The notes under the pieces were generated by a model. The model was not told the DNA's origin. It did not search any database and worked only from the letters and a program-made list of their open reading frames with translations. The position numbers were made by a program, and so were the translations under genes. Of a stretch of DNA of 64,000 bases, positions 52,901-64,000 are shown piece after piece. Source of the stretch: the human T2T-CHM13v2.0 reference genome, Homo sapiens; assembly GCF_009914755.1 (NCBI RefSeq), contig NC_060935.1. One strand, 5' to 3'. Position 1 is the first letter of the stretch. Every line of letters starts with the position of its first letter.

Positions 52901-54459
52901 AGTCTCTCAGTGCATATTCCCTGGTTTCTCGGCCTTTCTTTGCTCTTGGCCTGCCTTTGCTGGCAGCAAGCGTTTTATGGGAGGCCCCCACTTTGGCAGT
53001 TTACACTCTGCAGTCCAAACCCCGTTTCCAGACTGAATCTGAGGTCCGGGAAGATCCGCCACAAGGAGGCACTGTCTGCTGCTGGCCGGTTGGTGAACGG
53101 AAAGCCAGTCCTCCCCAGGGCGCCTTTGGTCAGGGCCTTTGCTGAGCAGGAGCTCACCTCCCTGTCCCCACTTACCCCACCCTGGTCCCAACATTCCTCC
53201 GAGAAATCTGGAAAATTGGAAGTTAGGAATTCACTTTGTATCCCTGTTACCACCGACCCCAATTTGGAAGGTGCCCCTCACCCTCCTTGGGGCTCACGGG
53301 AACATGGGTGTGAATGCCTGGTGTGAAGAGATGTGTTCCCTCCCCTGGGCTGGCTCCCCATTCCAGCCAAGAAACCCTCCCAGTCACTGGACAGAGTCAG
53401 AACAGTTGAAACTCTGCTGGAGGGTGGCTGAGGGGACAGTGTGACACCCTGGGAACCACTGAGCCTACTCGCATGGCTGCCATCCACCTACCACGTCACT
53501 CCGCAAGTCTTTATTGCCACCCACCAGGTGCAAAGGTCTTCCTCCAACACCTGCCTTGAATGTAGGGGTGACCATGGGGCCTTTGCTCCAGCTGTTCCCC
53601 CCACCCTGCCCCCACCTTCCCAGCCCCCCAGCTGTGGGCCCTCAAGGCAGTTCCCATCCTGCCTCCTGGGCTGCAGCTGCCCAAAGGCTCCAGTCAAGAG
53701 CGGCTGATCAGTGCCTGGGGCAAAAGAGGATGCCCAGCCCTGGGGGCCCTGGCATTCAGAGCTGAGCAGACAGACCCTTGGAGAATGACAGCGTAAGCAC
53801 AAGCTACAGGAGAATGGCCATGCCCTCAAGATGCAGGCTCCAGCAAGGAGGACGCCCTCCCTGGGGGCTGGTCTGTTTCTGGTAGTGACCCCAGGGCCTG
53901 GCACTGAGGCAGCCCTTGGGAGTCTGGTAGACGGACACAGGCTAGCCTTCCCATCCAATCTGATGATCGTGCTGTCATCTGATGTTCCTGGTCTAACACC
54001 TAGGCAGTAGGTGGAGGCAGGGGATACAGGTCACACAGGCTACCTCCATGGGCAGCAGCCTCCATGGGAATGGAGGGAACAGCCCTCTGGGGGCTCCTCC
54101 TGGGCCCTTCCAGGGGTCACCCAGTGAGATCCTACGTGGGGCAAGGGTGCCCTGGATGAGAGTCCCTTTGTTGAGGTCCCCCCATCTGCATGAGTCCTTG
54201 GGGTGCTAAACTACAGCAGAGCCCTCAAACTGCAAAGCTGAGGGTCAGTTCTGAGCAAGGATGCAGGGGAAGGCACAGTGCCCCTAGAAGGCTGCTGGGG
54301 GCCATGGCCTCCTGTCACCTCTACCTGGCTTCTCCAAAACCCTGGGGGCCCTGCCCTTCTGTGGTGCCCACAGAAACGTGTGTTGGAGGGAAGGAGGCGG
54401 GAGATGAGGTGGGTTCACTCCCCCTACCCAGAGGGACCAGAGGACTAAAACAAACCAGC

Positions 54460-54465
54460 TTTAAT
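54460..54465 (-). terminator. MAP4K2: MAP4K2 proximal polyadenylation signal ATTAAA
   Basis: Plus tttaat at 54460-54465, about 380 nt after the stop. Confidence 0.65.
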
Positions 54466-54845
54466 ACCAATATAGTTCTCTCTTAAATACCGTGTTTCCC
54501 AGGACAAATGCAGGGGCAGGCTCTTGGCAGAAAGAGTAGAAAGGAAATGTGGAACAAAATGGAATGGATGGCCCAGGCCCAGGGTCCCTGCCTTGGGCAC
54601 TAGGGACTGGGCTGCCTCGGGGATGGGGGAGTGACAGCAGCTCCCCCTGGTCCAGTTATTGCAGAGGCGTCGGGGGCTCCCCTCCCTCCCCAGGCCTGAA
54701 ACATTTCTCAGGATTACTTCTGACCTTCAGCCCCAGCAGGGCCAGGGCCTGGGCTCCTCTGGTCTAGGATGGGCCCCTTTGCCCAAAAGGGCCTGCAGCT
54801 AAGGCGTGGGGTGGGGCGGGGAGCCCCTGGACAGGCCCGCTGCTC

Positions 54846-64000
<9,155 letters not shown>

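Overview
Human genomic DNA recognisable as chromosome 11q13.1, with four intron-containing protein-coding genes all on the minus strand: RASGRP2/CalDAG-GEFI (coding exons 2-12 and CpG-island promoter; the 3' end runs off the window start), the complete muscle glycogen phosphorylase gene PYGM (20 exons, 842 codons), the complete splicing factor 1 gene SF1 (13+ exons, several C-terminal isoforms, bidirectional CpG promoter), and the 3' 17 exons of MAP4K2/GCK. Introns and intergenic DNA are rich in Alu, with MIR, L2, L1 and LTR remnants. Exon boundaries were traced by hand from splice signals and reading-frame continuity. Repeat boundaries are approximate and subfamilies are not assigned. I see no evidence of a new biological system; this is a well-studied locus. 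The most notable signals concern RNA processing: an AT-AC minor-spliceosome intron in RASGRP2 with small hairpins at nearby splice signals, multi-frame coding of the SF1 3' exons through a GTAAGTAAGT tandem donor and an exitron, an in-frame RASGRP2 N-terminal extension with acylation motifs, a latent PYGM pseudoexon, Alu arrangements around PYGM exon 17, and retroelement rearrangement scars.
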